Position numbers and translations under genes: made by a program
The notes under the pieces: generated by a model
Told to the model about the DNA's origin: nothing
The model's input: the letters and a program-made list of their open reading frames with translations, nothing else
Database searches by the model: none
Shown here: piece after piece, positions 1-8,570 of the stretch
How positions within the stretch are numbered: the first letter of the stretch is position 1
Layout: each line of letters begins with the position of its first letter
IMG/VR virus record: IMGVR_UViG_3300036944_000233
From: an uncultured virus (IMG/VR IMGVR_UViG_3300036944_000233)
Lineage: Duplodnaviria > Heunggongvirae > Uroviricota > Caudoviricetes
Direction: 5' to 3' (one strand)
DNA length: 64,000 nucleotides

Positions 1-2
1 GC

Positions 3-137
3 CGATTGTTTTCCGAGTTTGGTATGGCATCCCGCACCACATCCGCTTGCCGGGTTTGCACAGCCTACGTCTTCCAAGGGATTGACACCACAGTCGCCGC
101 CGACTCGTCGGTTGTCTCAGTCACCATTGACCGCTGA
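3..137 (+). CDS. 3' end of probable tail fibre protein (partial)
   Basis: Open frame from the window edge ending ...DSSVVSVTIDR*, directly upstream of tail-fibre chaperone-like genes. Confidence 0.55.
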   Translation, partial: RLFSEFGMASRTTSACRVCTAYVFQGIDTTVAADSSVVSVTIDR

Positions 138-338
138 ATGAACATCATGAACCAACGAATCATCTACCCCACAGACGCAGGCGGCGTTGCCGTCCTCATT
201 CCGGCTCCCGAGTGCGGTTTGACCACTGACGAGATTGCAGCCAAGGATGTGCCCGCAGGTAAGCCATTCAAAATTGTGGACGTGTCCGACATTCCAACGG
301 ATCGAACATTCCGCGCAGCATGGGAGTACGCAGCATGA
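138..338 (+). CDS. small tail-fibre-associated protein
   Basis: RIIYPTDAGGVAVLIP...DRTFRAAW, a pattern typical of phage fibre-assembly proteins; coupled to both neighbours. Confidence 0.65.
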   Translation: MNIMNQRIIYPTDAGGVAVLIPAPECGLTTDEIAAKDVPAGKPFKIVDVSDIPTDRTFRAAWEYAA

Positions 339-562
339 TCACCATCAACCTCGACAAAGCCAGAGCCATCGCGCATGACAAGCGCCGAGCAGCTCGCACC
401 GCCGAGTTTGCGCCCTTGGACATCAAGGCCACCATCCCCAGCGAGGCTGTGGCCGCAGAAGCCGCCCGGCAGGCAATCCGCAACAAGTACGCGGTGATCC
501 AGTCCGACATTGACACAGCGCCCGGCGTGCCCGAGCTCACATTGGTGGTGCAAAGCCTATGA
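335..562 (+). CDS. tail fibre assembly-like protein
   Basis: MITINLDKARAIAHDKRRAAR...; ATGA overlaps at both ends. Confidence 0.65.
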   Translation: MITINLDKARAIAHDKRRAARTAEFAPLDIKATIPSEAVAAEAARQAIRNKYAVIQSDIDTAPGVPELTLVVQSL

Positions 563-978
563 CAAACGAAACATACACAGACGTTGCCGTGCTCAAGGCG
601 CATCTCCAAGCAGAGTTGGCCCGCCTTGAAGCGCAAAGCACTGCGAAAGAAGTCGCAGGCAAAGCCATCGGCAAGCATGGACTGGCGTACATCACTGCCA
701 TTGTTGTGGTGGGCGTGGCATCCAGCCTTGTGCTTGAGGAGTCCAAGATCGCCGCTGTGATTGGTCTGGTGTCTGCGGCCTTGACTGCTTTGATCGCCAT
801 GCTCAACGGCATCGCTGGGGCCAACCCCAAGCAAGAAAAGCCGGAGTTTGAAGTCATCAGGAGCCTGATTGACAAGCTTGACCGGGCCAGTGAGAAAGAG
901 CCAATGCGCGTGGAGGTGCAAGGCGACAAGGTCACGGTGACCAAGGGCGCGGACACCATTCAAACGGCAAAGGGATAA
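559..978 (+). CDS. membrane protein with 2 TM helices, holin/antiholin-like
   Basis: Two hydrophobic segments; first gene of the lysis cluster. Confidence 0.6.
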   Translation: MTNETYTDVAVLKAHLQAELARLEAQSTAKEVAGKAIGKHGLAYITAIVVVGVASSLVLEESKIAAVIGLVSAALTALIAMLNGIAGANPKQEKPEFEVIRSLIDKLDRASEKEPMRVEVQGDKVTVTKGADTIQTAKG

Positions 979-980
979 TC

Positions 981-1439
981 ATGCTCCCACTCACCGCACT
1001 CTTGGACGTGGGCGGCAAGCTCATCGACCGGTTCCTGCCTGACCCAGCCGCTGCCGCTGCCGCAAAGCTGGAGCTGGCCCAGATGCAGCAAAACGGCGAG
1101 CTGGCCCAGATGGCCAACGATACCAAGCTGGTGGAGCTGGGCAACGCCAACACCGACAGCGCCCGCGACATGAACGCCAAGGTGCAGGAATCCACCAACG
1201 CCTCTTGGCTGGCCAAGAACACGGCCTACGCGCTCGACATCGGCATCGTCTCGGCCACCATCTTTCTTGCTTGGTTTGCGTTCATCAAAGGCGTGCCAGA
1301 GGCCAACAAGGAGCTGGTCTACATGGCGCTTGGGTCGCTCATCACTATGTGCGGCACCGTACTGAACTTTCACCGTGGCAGCTCGCAAGGCTCCAAGGAC
1401 AAGGGCTCTGAAATCCAGAAAATGAAGGATGCAAAATGA
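981..1439 (+). CDS. holin (GTA-type 3TM holin-like)
   Basis: LLDVGGKLIDRFLPDP N-terminus, two TM segments, NFHRGSSQGS; directly upstream of the endolysin. Confidence 0.75.
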   Translation: MLPLTALLDVGGKLIDRFLPDPAAAAAAKLELAQMQQNGELAQMANDTKLVELGNANTDSARDMNAKVQESTNASWLAKNTAYALDIGIVSATIFLAWFAFIKGVPEANKELVYMALGSLITMCGTVLNFHRGSSQGSKDKGSEIQKMKDAK

Positions 1440-1948
1440 AAGAAAATTTCGCTGAAGCACTGCAAAAAGTTCTGCACCACGAAGGCGGCTACGTCAACCA
1501 TCCGGCTGATCCCGGCGGCATGACCAACCTTGGCGTAACCAAGCGAGTCTGGGAAGAGTGGGTTGGCCACCCTGTCGATGAAAAGACAATGCGCGAGCTG
1601 ACCCCCGTGCAGGTGGCTCCCATGTACAGAGCCAAATACTGGGACAAAGTCAGAGGTGACGATTTACCGACAGGTGTGGACTACACCGTGTTCGACGCTG
1701 CTGTAAACAGCGGCCCGGGCCGAGCGGCCAAGTGGTTGCAAGCGTGCGTTGGTGTCGAGCAAGATGGTGGCATCGGCCCTAAAACACTGGCGGCTGTAAA
1801 CGCTCGTGACCCCGCCGAGCTCGTCGAGGATTACGCCAAGCGCCGCCTGTCTTTCTTGATGGACTTGCCGCATTGGGCTACATTTGGTAAAGGCTGGAGC
1901 CGCCGCGTGGCGGACGTTCAATCCAACGCCACTACTATGACTGCTTGA
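1436..1948 (+). CDS. endolysin, glycosyl hydrolase 108 with peptidoglycan-binding domain
   Basis: HEGGYVNHPADPGGMTNLGVT, FDAAVNSG, DGGIGPKT, FGKGWSRR. Confidence 0.92.
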   Translation: MKENFAEALQKVLHHEGGYVNHPADPGGMTNLGVTKRVWEEWVGHPVDEKTMRELTPVQVAPMYRAKYWDKVRGDDLPTGVDYTVFDAAVNSGPGRAAKWLQACVGVEQDGGIGPKTLAAVNARDPAELVEDYAKRRLSFLMDLPHWATFGKGWSRRVADVQSNATTMTA

Positions 1949-1955
1949 GACATCC

Positions 1956-4085
1956 ATGCCGCTCCAAAAACTCACACTTCGTCCCGGGGTAAACCGTGAA
2001 AACACGTCGTACGCCAACGAAGGTGGGTGGTATGAGTCGGACAAAATTCGTTTTCGCTCCGGCCAACCAGAGAAGCTCGGGGGTTGGGTAAAGGATTCTG
2101 GCGCTGTATCGTCTAACGTGTCCACGGTGGCTGACTACGGCACTGCGTACGCTACCACAATGCCGACCCCTCCGTCTGGCACGTTGTGGGGCATTTGCCG
2201 CTCAATGTGGAACTGGGTCACGTTGACGGGCAGCAACCTGCTGTCCTTCGGCACCAACCTGAAGTTCTACATTCAGGATGGTATCAACGGCTCGTACTAC
2301 GACGTGACGCCCATTCGCTTGACTCACGCCGTTGTAGCCAATGCGTTTACCACCGTCAACCTTTCCCGCGTTGTGACGGTAAACGACCCGGCGCACGGCG
2401 CACAGACTGGCGACTTCGTCACAGTCACAGCCACCTCTGGCGCTGTCAACGGCATTCCTGCGGCGACGATGGGCACTACAGCTGCGCCTGTGATGTATCA
2501 GGTTACCGTCATTGACGCCAACACGTACACCATCACTGTGGCCACCGCCGCCACTTCTTCGGGCACGTCTGCCGCCACGGCGACGTTTAACTACGAGCTC
2601 AGCTCTGGCAACGACATTTACGCGGTAGCTTCTGGCTGGGGCGCGGGCGGCTGGGGCGGTGTGACTACAGGGTTCCCGTCCACTGGCTGGGGGCTGGCAG
2701 CCGCCACCGGGGTGGGGGTCAACTTGCGGTTTTGGAGCGAGTCCAACTTTGGTGAGAACCTGATCTTTAACCCGTGCGGTGGCGGCATCTATTTGTGGGC
2801 GGCCAACGTAACCCCAACGGTATACGACCGAGCACAGCTGCTTGTGGCGAGTGGTTCCGTGACTGTGAAGAACGGCGCGGGGTCAGGCTCCACAACCGTG
2901 TCAATTGACGCCACATGCCCGTCAGTTGCCAACTATGTCATCGTGTCGGACGCCTCGCGCTTCATCATTGCCTTTGGCACCAACGACCCAACAGGGGTAT
3001 ACGCCACATCTGTGGTGGACCCTATGCAGATTCGCTGGTCCGACCAAGAGAGCTTTGCCACTTGGACGCCTGCAATCACAAACCAAGCGGGCGACTACCG
3101 GTTGAGCCACGGCTCGGCCATCTACACCGCCATCCAGTCTCGTCAAGAAATTGTGGTGTTCACCGACAGCGCCGTGTACTCGATGCAGTACCTCGGGGCT
3201 CCGTATGTCTGGGGCTTCCAATTGCTGGAGGACAACATCTCCATCATCGGCCCCAACGCAGTGACGGTCGCATCCAACGTGGTGTATTGGATGGGCATGG
3301 ACAAGTTCTATGTTTACACGGGCCGGGTCCAATCCCTGCCGTCCACACTGCGCGAGTACGTTTTCACGGACATCAACTTGCAGCAAGGCTTTCAAGTCAA
3401 CTCTGGAACCAACGAGGGCTACAGCGAAGTTTGGTGGACCTATTGCTCTGCCAACTCAAACGTCACCGACCGGTACGTGATTTTTGATTACTTGGACAAC
3501 GTCTGGTACTACGGTACATGGAACAACTACACCGGCATCCCTCAAGGGCGCACCGCGTGGCTGGACAGCTCTTTGCGCAGCTATCCTTTGGCGTCAACCT
3601 ACGGGGCACCGACAACCACGTCCTCGCGTACCCAAGGCAGCACCACGCTGGTCTACCATGAGAACGGCACAGATGACGGGGCCAACGCCACCACAACGCC
3701 GATCGTGGCCTACGTGCAGTCTTCCGACTTCGACATTGGCGATGGCCACAATTTCGGATTTGTCTGGCGGCTGATTCCTGACTTGACCTTTGACGGCTCG
3801 TTCGTCAACAACCCCAGTGCAAACTTTACTGTGCGCCCGCGCACCTTCCCCGGTGCCAACTATGGGTTCTCCAATAACCCCAGTGTGACCAGCACTCAGA
3901 ACTATGCAGGGCAGCGCACCTATGCCGTCCAGCAATTCACCGAGCAGGTCTACGTCCGCATTCGTGGTCGCCAGATGGCGTTCAAAGTCAGCTCGGGGGT
4001 GCTCAACTCATCGACAGAGGGGCTTGGTGTGCAGTGGCAGTTGGGCGTCTCGCGAATTGATGTTCGACCAGATGGCAGACGTTGA
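1956..4085 (+). CDS. tail nozzle / tubular protein B-like structural protein
   Basis: 709 aa, beta-rich; IRWSDQE, VYWMG and a C-terminal DVRPDGRR typical of podovirus stabilisation proteins. Confidence 0.75.
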   Translation: MPLQKLTLRPGVNRENTSYANEGGWYESDKIRFRSGQPEKLGGWVKDSGAVSSNVSTVADYGTAYATTMPTPPSGTLWGICRSMWNWVTLTGSNLLSFGTNLKFYIQDGINGSYYDVTPIRLTHAVVANAFTTVNLSRVVTVNDPAHGAQTGDFVTVTATSGAVNGIPAATMGTTAAPVMYQVTVIDANTYTITVATAATSSGTSAATATFNYELSSGNDIYAVASGWGAGGWGGVTTGFPSTGWGLAAATGVGVNLRFWSESNFGENLIFNPCGGGIYLWAANVTPTVYDRAQLLVASGSVTVKNGAGSGSTTVSIDATCPSVANYVIVSDASRFIIAFGTNDPTGVYATSVVDPMQIRWSDQESFATWTPAITNQAGDYRLSHGSAIYTAIQSRQEIVVFTDSAVYSMQYLGAPYVWGFQLLEDNISIIGPNAVTVASNVVYWMGMDKFYVYTGRVQSLPSTLREYVFTDINLQQGFQVNSGTNEGYSEVWWTYCSANSNVTDRYVIFDYLDNVWYYGTWNNYTGIPQGRTAWLDSSLRSYPLASTYGAPTTTSSRTQGSTTLVYHENGTDDGANATTTPIVAYVQSSDFDIGDGHNFGFVWRLIPDLTFDGSFVNNPSANFTVRPRTFPGANYGFSNNPSVTSTQNYAGQRTYAVQQFTEQVYVRIRGRQMAFKVSSGVLNSSTEGLGVQWQLGVSRIDVRPDGRR

Positions 4086-4119
4086 CTTATGTATTAAATT
4101 AAAATAAAAAGGAAATGTA

Positions 4120-4443
4120 ATGTCAACAAAAAATGTAACGGTCCCACGGCTCCCCGCCGCGCCTGTAACGTACAGCGCACAGTTCATGGATTCGATGCTG
4201 AACATCCTTCGGCAGTACTTCAACCAGCTGGACAGCGCTGGCCCCATCACGGTGGCTACGCAGCGTAGAAGCGCGACAGAAATCGTGGCAGCAATCAGTT
4301 GTGTCCAGCCCAGCCCAACATCCGGGGCGGTCGTGATCAGTATGCCAACGCAGGCAGACTTTGCCAACTTGCGCTCTGGTGACATCTACATGGACACGTC
4401 TGGCGGGGCCGCGTCAAGCTACCCTCTGAGGATCAAGGCATGA
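4120..4443 (+). CDS. virion structural protein
   Basis: PRLPAAPVTY...LRQYFNQLD; RBS AAGGA; follows the nozzle gene. Confidence 0.65.
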   Translation: MSTKNVTVPRLPAAPVTYSAQFMDSMLNILRQYFNQLDSAGPITVATQRRSATEIVAAISCVQPSPTSGAVVISMPTQADFANLRSGDIYMDTSGGAASSYPLRIKA

Positions 4444-4477
4444 TAAAGTTCGTCAACTTTTATTTTCAGAGGCATCT

Positions 4478-5764
4478 ATGAGCCTGCACATTGCTGCCCA
4501 AAACATGGCGTCCAGAGGCCGAGGGCCTGACGATACGCTTGTCCACATGTCCCGTGGCGAGGTCAAAAGCCTTAACGATCTTGCGATGGCGCACGGTGGG
4601 CACCTGACAACTAACCCAGATACGGGTTTACCCGAAGCTGGCTTTCTTAAAAGTATTCTGCCCATGGTGATTGGTGCGGGTCTTTCTGTCGCCTCCGGCG
4701 GGACGCTTACCCCCATGATGGCCGCTATGATGACTGGCGGTGGCTATGGCTTGGCCACGGGTAGCTTGAAGAAGGGCTTGATGGCTGGCTTGGGCGCATA
4801 CGGCGGCGCTGGTTTAGCTGGTGGTTTGAGCGCTGCGGGGACTGCTGCCGCTGGCGCTGGTGAGGGTTTGGCTGGCGCTGCTGGTGAGGGTTTGGCTGGC
4901 GCTGCTGAGGGTGTTCAAGTAGGGGCTCCAATTGTGGACAGCGCAAACATGTCTCAAACGGGGGCGAACCTTTTTGGTTCTTCTACGCCTAGTCCGTACT
5001 ACGGCCCTTCTTCGGGCGCGGAGGCTATGACTATTGCAAACCCAGTTACTGCGGCTCCCGTTGCAGCTCCTACACCCACAGTACCGCAAGTAGACATGCT
5101 TGCTGGTATGGACAGAGTGGCTATGGAAAATCCGGCGGTTAGTGGGTTCCAAGCGCAGAATACTGGCTCAATGGCGAACGCACAACGTGGGTTGTCAGGG
5201 CTTATGGACAACCAAGCCTCACGCGATGCGTTCATGAACAAGATGGGTGGCGGAACTGGTCTTCTTAAAACAGGGCTAATGGCAGCAGCTCCCGCGCTAA
5301 TGGGTGGTGAGCAAGCTAAGTACGATGGCGGTGGCCCCAACCCGTATGAATACTCGTACGACCCGCGTTCTGGCTCGTACACCCGCCAAGCTCCCGGATA
5401 CCGCGATGCTCAAAAGGTCACTTCCCCCCGGATGATGGCTATGGGTGGTTTGACAGCTTTTGCCCAAGGTGGTCAAAGCCATTTGGGGGATTACTCGGAC
5501 GGCGGTCGTATGCTGCGTGGCCCCGGTGATGGCGTGTCTGATTCAATCCCCGCAACGATTGGTGGCAAGCGCCCTGCTCGTTTGGCCGACGGTGAATTTG
5601 TTGTGCCCGCTCGGGTTGTGTCTGAGCTCGGCAATGGCTCGTCTGAGGCTGGTGCACGCAAACTTTACGCCATGATGGACCGTGTGCAGGGCGCACGTAA
5701 GAAGTCAATGGGCAAAAACAAAGTGGCTGTGAACAGCCGTGCCGACAAGATGTTGCCCGCATGA
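4478..5764 (+). CDS. internal virion / ejection protein
   Basis: GRGPDDTLVHM, TTNPDTGLPEA, a Gly/Ala-rich hydrophobic segment, GPGDGVSDSIPA...LADGEFVVPA. Confidence 0.7.
   Translation: MSLHIAAQNMASRGRGPDDTLVHMSRGEVKSLNDLAMAHGGHLTTNPDTGLPEAGFLKSILPMVIGAGLSVASGGTLTPMMAAMMTGGGYGLATGSLKKGLMAGLGAYGGAGLAGGLSAAGTAAAGAGEGLAGAAGEGLAGAAEGVQVGAPIVDSANMSQTGANLFGSSTPSPYYGPSSGAEAMTIANPVTAAPVAAPTPTVPQVDMLAGMDRVAMENPAVSGFQAQNTGSMANAQRGLSGLMDNQASRDAFMNKMGGGTGLLKTGLMAAAPALMGGEQAKYDGGGPNPYEYSYDPRSGSYTRQAPGYRDAQKVTSPRMMAMGGLTAFAQGGQSHLGDYSDGGRMLRGPGDGVSDSIPATIGGKRPARLADGEFVVPARVVSELGNGSSEAGARKLYAMMDRVQGARKKSMGKNKVAVNSRADKMLPA
4856..4912 (+). repeat. 24-bp in-frame tandem repeat (AGEGLAGA x2 plus a partial copy)
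   Basis: GCTGGTGAGGGTTTGGCTGGCGCT repeated. Confidence 0.85.
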
Positions 5765-6222
5765 TTAAGTACGCCGTAGAAGACCCCGCCACCTTCATTG
5801 AAGAACTGAAGGAAGTTATTCCGCTGCACTACGACGAGCTGTGCGTCACCAAAGACTTCCCTCTTATGCCCGACTACGAAGGGTATGGACGGCTCTACAT
5901 GGCGGGGCTTTTGCAATGTATCACTGCTCGCGACGATAGCGGGCTGATTGGCTACGCTATCTTTATTGTGCAACCACATTTACACTACAAGTCTTGCAAA
6001 ACAGCATTTGAGGACATCTACTTCCTCAAAAAAGAACATCGACTGGGGCGCACGGGTATCCGCTTGTTCCAGTTTGCGGAAGAAGCCTTACGTGCGAACG
6101 GTGTCAACCGCATCATCATGCACACAAAGGTCCATATGGACAACTCACGGCTGTTTGAGTATCTTGGCTACAAGCATACGGACAAGCTGTACACAAAAAT
6201 TTTGAGCACGGAGCCATCATGA
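5761..6222 (+). CDS. GNAT-family acetyltransferase
   Basis: DIYFLKKEHRLGRTGIRL (motif A) and LFEYLGY (motif B). Confidence 0.8.
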   Translation: MIKYAVEDPATFIEELKEVIPLHYDELCVTKDFPLMPDYEGYGRLYMAGLLQCITARDDSGLIGYAIFIVQPHLHYKSCKTAFEDIYFLKKEHRLGRTGIRLFQFAEEALRANGVNRIIMHTKVHMDNSRLFEYLGYKHTDKLYTKILSTEPS

Positions 6223-8570
6223 GCTACTCCCGCCGACAACTTGAAGCCTTTGGCGAACCCCTTGGCGAATCCGTAACCCGCAAAGAAGGCGGGCGTATTG
6301 TCTATGGCGGCGGTGGCGGCGGTGGTGGTTCCGGTACTCAAACACAGGTTACTGACTTGCCTGATTGGGCTAAGCCAACTGCCCAGCGGAACCTTGCAGC
6401 CGCCGAAGCACTCGCAACCGACAAGCCGTATCAAAGCTACACCAACTATGCAAAGCAAGAAGGCATCGACCCCAACCGCGTAGCGGGGTTCACCGGGCTG
6501 CAAAACCAATCGTTTCAAGGTGCACAGAACCTTCAACCCTCTCAAGGTCTGCGCCCCGCTATGGGCTTGGCCGGTGCTGGTGCTATGGGCAGTCTGGGTG
6601 CGGGTCAGAACTACATGAACATGGCAACCGACCCCGGCGCTATGCAGGGGTTCATGTCTCCGTACATGCAGAACGTGGTCAACTCGCAGATGCAAGAGGC
6701 CAACCGGAACTATGACATCTCCGGTACTCAGCAAGCAGCAAGGGCTGTCCAGTCGGGCGCGTTTGGGGGCTCGCGTGGAGCCATCATGGCTGCGGAAAAC
6801 GAACGTAACCGCAACACTGCACTGGGAGGTATTCAAGCTCAGGGCTTGCAAAGCGCGTTTCAGAATGCGCAGCAGGCGCAGCAGTTCGGTGCCAACCTCG
6901 GTTTGCAAGGGTTTGGCCAAGCTATCCAAGGCGCGGGGCAATTAGCTAATATCGGCACTCAGCAGTTTGGCCAGCAGAAAGATGTTCTTGGACTGCAAAA
7001 TCAGTTCGGTGCACAACAGCAAGCCAATGAGCAGGCCAAGCTCGGCTACAACATGCAGGACTACGCTGCTGCGCAACAGTATCCGTACCAGCAGCTGTCG
7101 TTTCTGTCTAACATCATGCGCGGCACTCCTATGGGTGGGGTCGGCACTATGTACAGTGCGCAGCCAACTACAGCCCAAACAATCGGCAGTCTGGGTATGG
7201 GCGCTTACGGCCTAAACCAGCTCATGAAAGCCGAAGGCGGTACCGTTTCCTCCTACGCTGGTGGTGGTAGCGTTGATAGTGCTCAGAACATCGAGTCGAT
7301 TGTTGACAAGCTGTCGGACCCACAGTTAAAGCAAGCCGCTGAAGCCGCTCAAATGCGCGGTGATGTGGAGCAGTTGCAGATCATCCAACAAGAGATGGCT
7401 ATGCGTGCTTCCGAGCGTGGTGGCATGGCCGGTGCGTTCAATCAGCTTCCTCAAGAACAACAGCAGCAAATGATGGCCGGTGGTGGCATTGTGGCGTTTG
7501 CTGGCGACGAGGACGAAAACGAAGAGGGGTTGGGCCAGCTGGTGGGTGGGATGATGCCTACCGAGGGTAACCCCGAGGTCTATAAGCAGTTGACTGGTTA
7601 CTTTCCGCAGCTGTTGGCCAGCGTAGCTAAGTCTAAGTACACGCCCATGACGGACGAGAAGTACAACGAAGCAATCTCCGCACGCCGCGCAATGATAGAA
7701 GAGGGCGCTGGTCCTAGCCCGTATGCCGACATCAAATCAAAACTGGAAGGTATGCGTGGGGATAGCGAGAAAGAATTGTCCCAAGGTCGTGGTCTGGCTG
7801 CGCTCCAAGCAGCAGCTGCTATGTCCCAAGGTCGTGGTTTAGCGCAAGGTCTTGGCCGTGCCGGTGGCGCGTTTGCTGAATCTTACGGCAAAGCCCTGCA
7901 AGCTGACTCCGCGCAGAAGCGCTCCTTGATGAACATGGAGCTGAATGCCGCCGACGCTATGCGCAAAGAACGTATGGGCCTCAACCGAGACGCTATTACA
8001 GCCGCGGATCAAGCCCGCAAAGACCACGATGCAGCGCAACAGTACGGCATCAGGAAAGCTCAGGCTCTGGCCAACGTAGCTGGCAAGTTCGCTTCTGCTA
8101 CCAAACCAACCAAAGGCGCTGGCACCGGTGCCCCTAAGCCCCTCAAGCTGGCTGAGCAATTGGCTGAAGCCGAAACCCTGCACGAAACCAAACCAACAGA
8201 AGCTAGTTTGGCTAGGGTAACCGCATTACGCCGTGCTATGGACCGAGCCAAAACTTCTGACGTTGGCCCAACTCGTGCAGGTCTGGGTGAGGCTACTTTG
8301 GACGTTAGAGTAGGCGACGCCATAAACACCGCGCAGCAGAAGCTGCGGTATTCGCCCGAGTATCTGAAAGCAGATGCGGCGACTAAAGGCCAGATGATGC
8401 GGGACGAAGCGAATCGGGTTCGCGCAAACGCAAGTAAGGGTACGGGCGTAAACAGTAATTCGACATCGGATTCAGGATCGGGTACAGTCGAGGGACTGCC
8501 TGCGGGGGCTACCGTAAAAGGCGATAAGGTTTACGACTCAAGTGGCAAATTAATCGGACACGTAAAATGA
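6219..8570 (+). CDS. DNA ejection / pilot protein
   Basis: Gln/Ala/Gly-rich helical protein; poly-Gly after the leader, FMSPYMQNVV, GAFGGSR, YPYQQLSFL. Confidence 0.7.
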   Translation: MSYSRRQLEAFGEPLGESVTRKEGGRIVYGGGGGGGGSGTQTQVTDLPDWAKPTAQRNLAAAEALATDKPYQSYTNYAKQEGIDPNRVAGFTGLQNQSFQGAQNLQPSQGLRPAMGLAGAGAMGSLGAGQNYMNMATDPGAMQGFMSPYMQNVVNSQMQEANRNYDISGTQQAARAVQSGAFGGSRGAIMAAENERNRNTALGGIQAQGLQSAFQNAQQAQQFGANLGLQGFGQAIQGAGQLANIGTQQFGQQKDVLGLQNQFGAQQQANEQAKLGYNMQDYAAAQQYPYQQLSFLSNIMRGTPMGGVGTMYSAQPTTAQTIGSLGMGAYGLNQLMKAEGGTVSSYAGGGSVDSAQNIESIVDKLSDPQLKQAAEAAQMRGDVEQLQIIQQEMAMRASERGGMAGAFNQLPQEQQQQMMAGGGIVAFAGDEDENEEGLGQLVGGMMPTEGNPEVYKQLTGYFPQLLASVAKSKYTPMTDEKYNEAISARRAMIEEGAGPSPYADIKSKLEGMRGDSEKELSQGRGLAALQAAAAMSQGRGLAQGLGRAGGAFAESYGKALQADSAQKRSLMNMELNAADAMRKERMGLNRDAITAADQARKDHDAAQQYGIRKAQALANVAGKFASATKPTKGAGTGAPKPLKLAEQLAEAETLHETKPTEASLARVTALRRAMDRAKTSDVGPTRAGLGEATLDVRVGDAINTAQQKLRYSPEYLKADAATKGQMMRDEANRVRANASKGTGVNSNSTSDSGSGTVEGLPAGATVKGDKVYDSSGKLIGHVK

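Noticed and set aside
1..137. Diversity-generating retroelement target
   Set aside because: No reverse transcriptase and no adenine-variant template repeat seen in the window.
4082..4105. Promoter TTGACT...TAAAAT before gene 4120
   Set aside because: The spacer is only about 12 nt; the region is AT-rich but lacks canonical sigma70 geometry.
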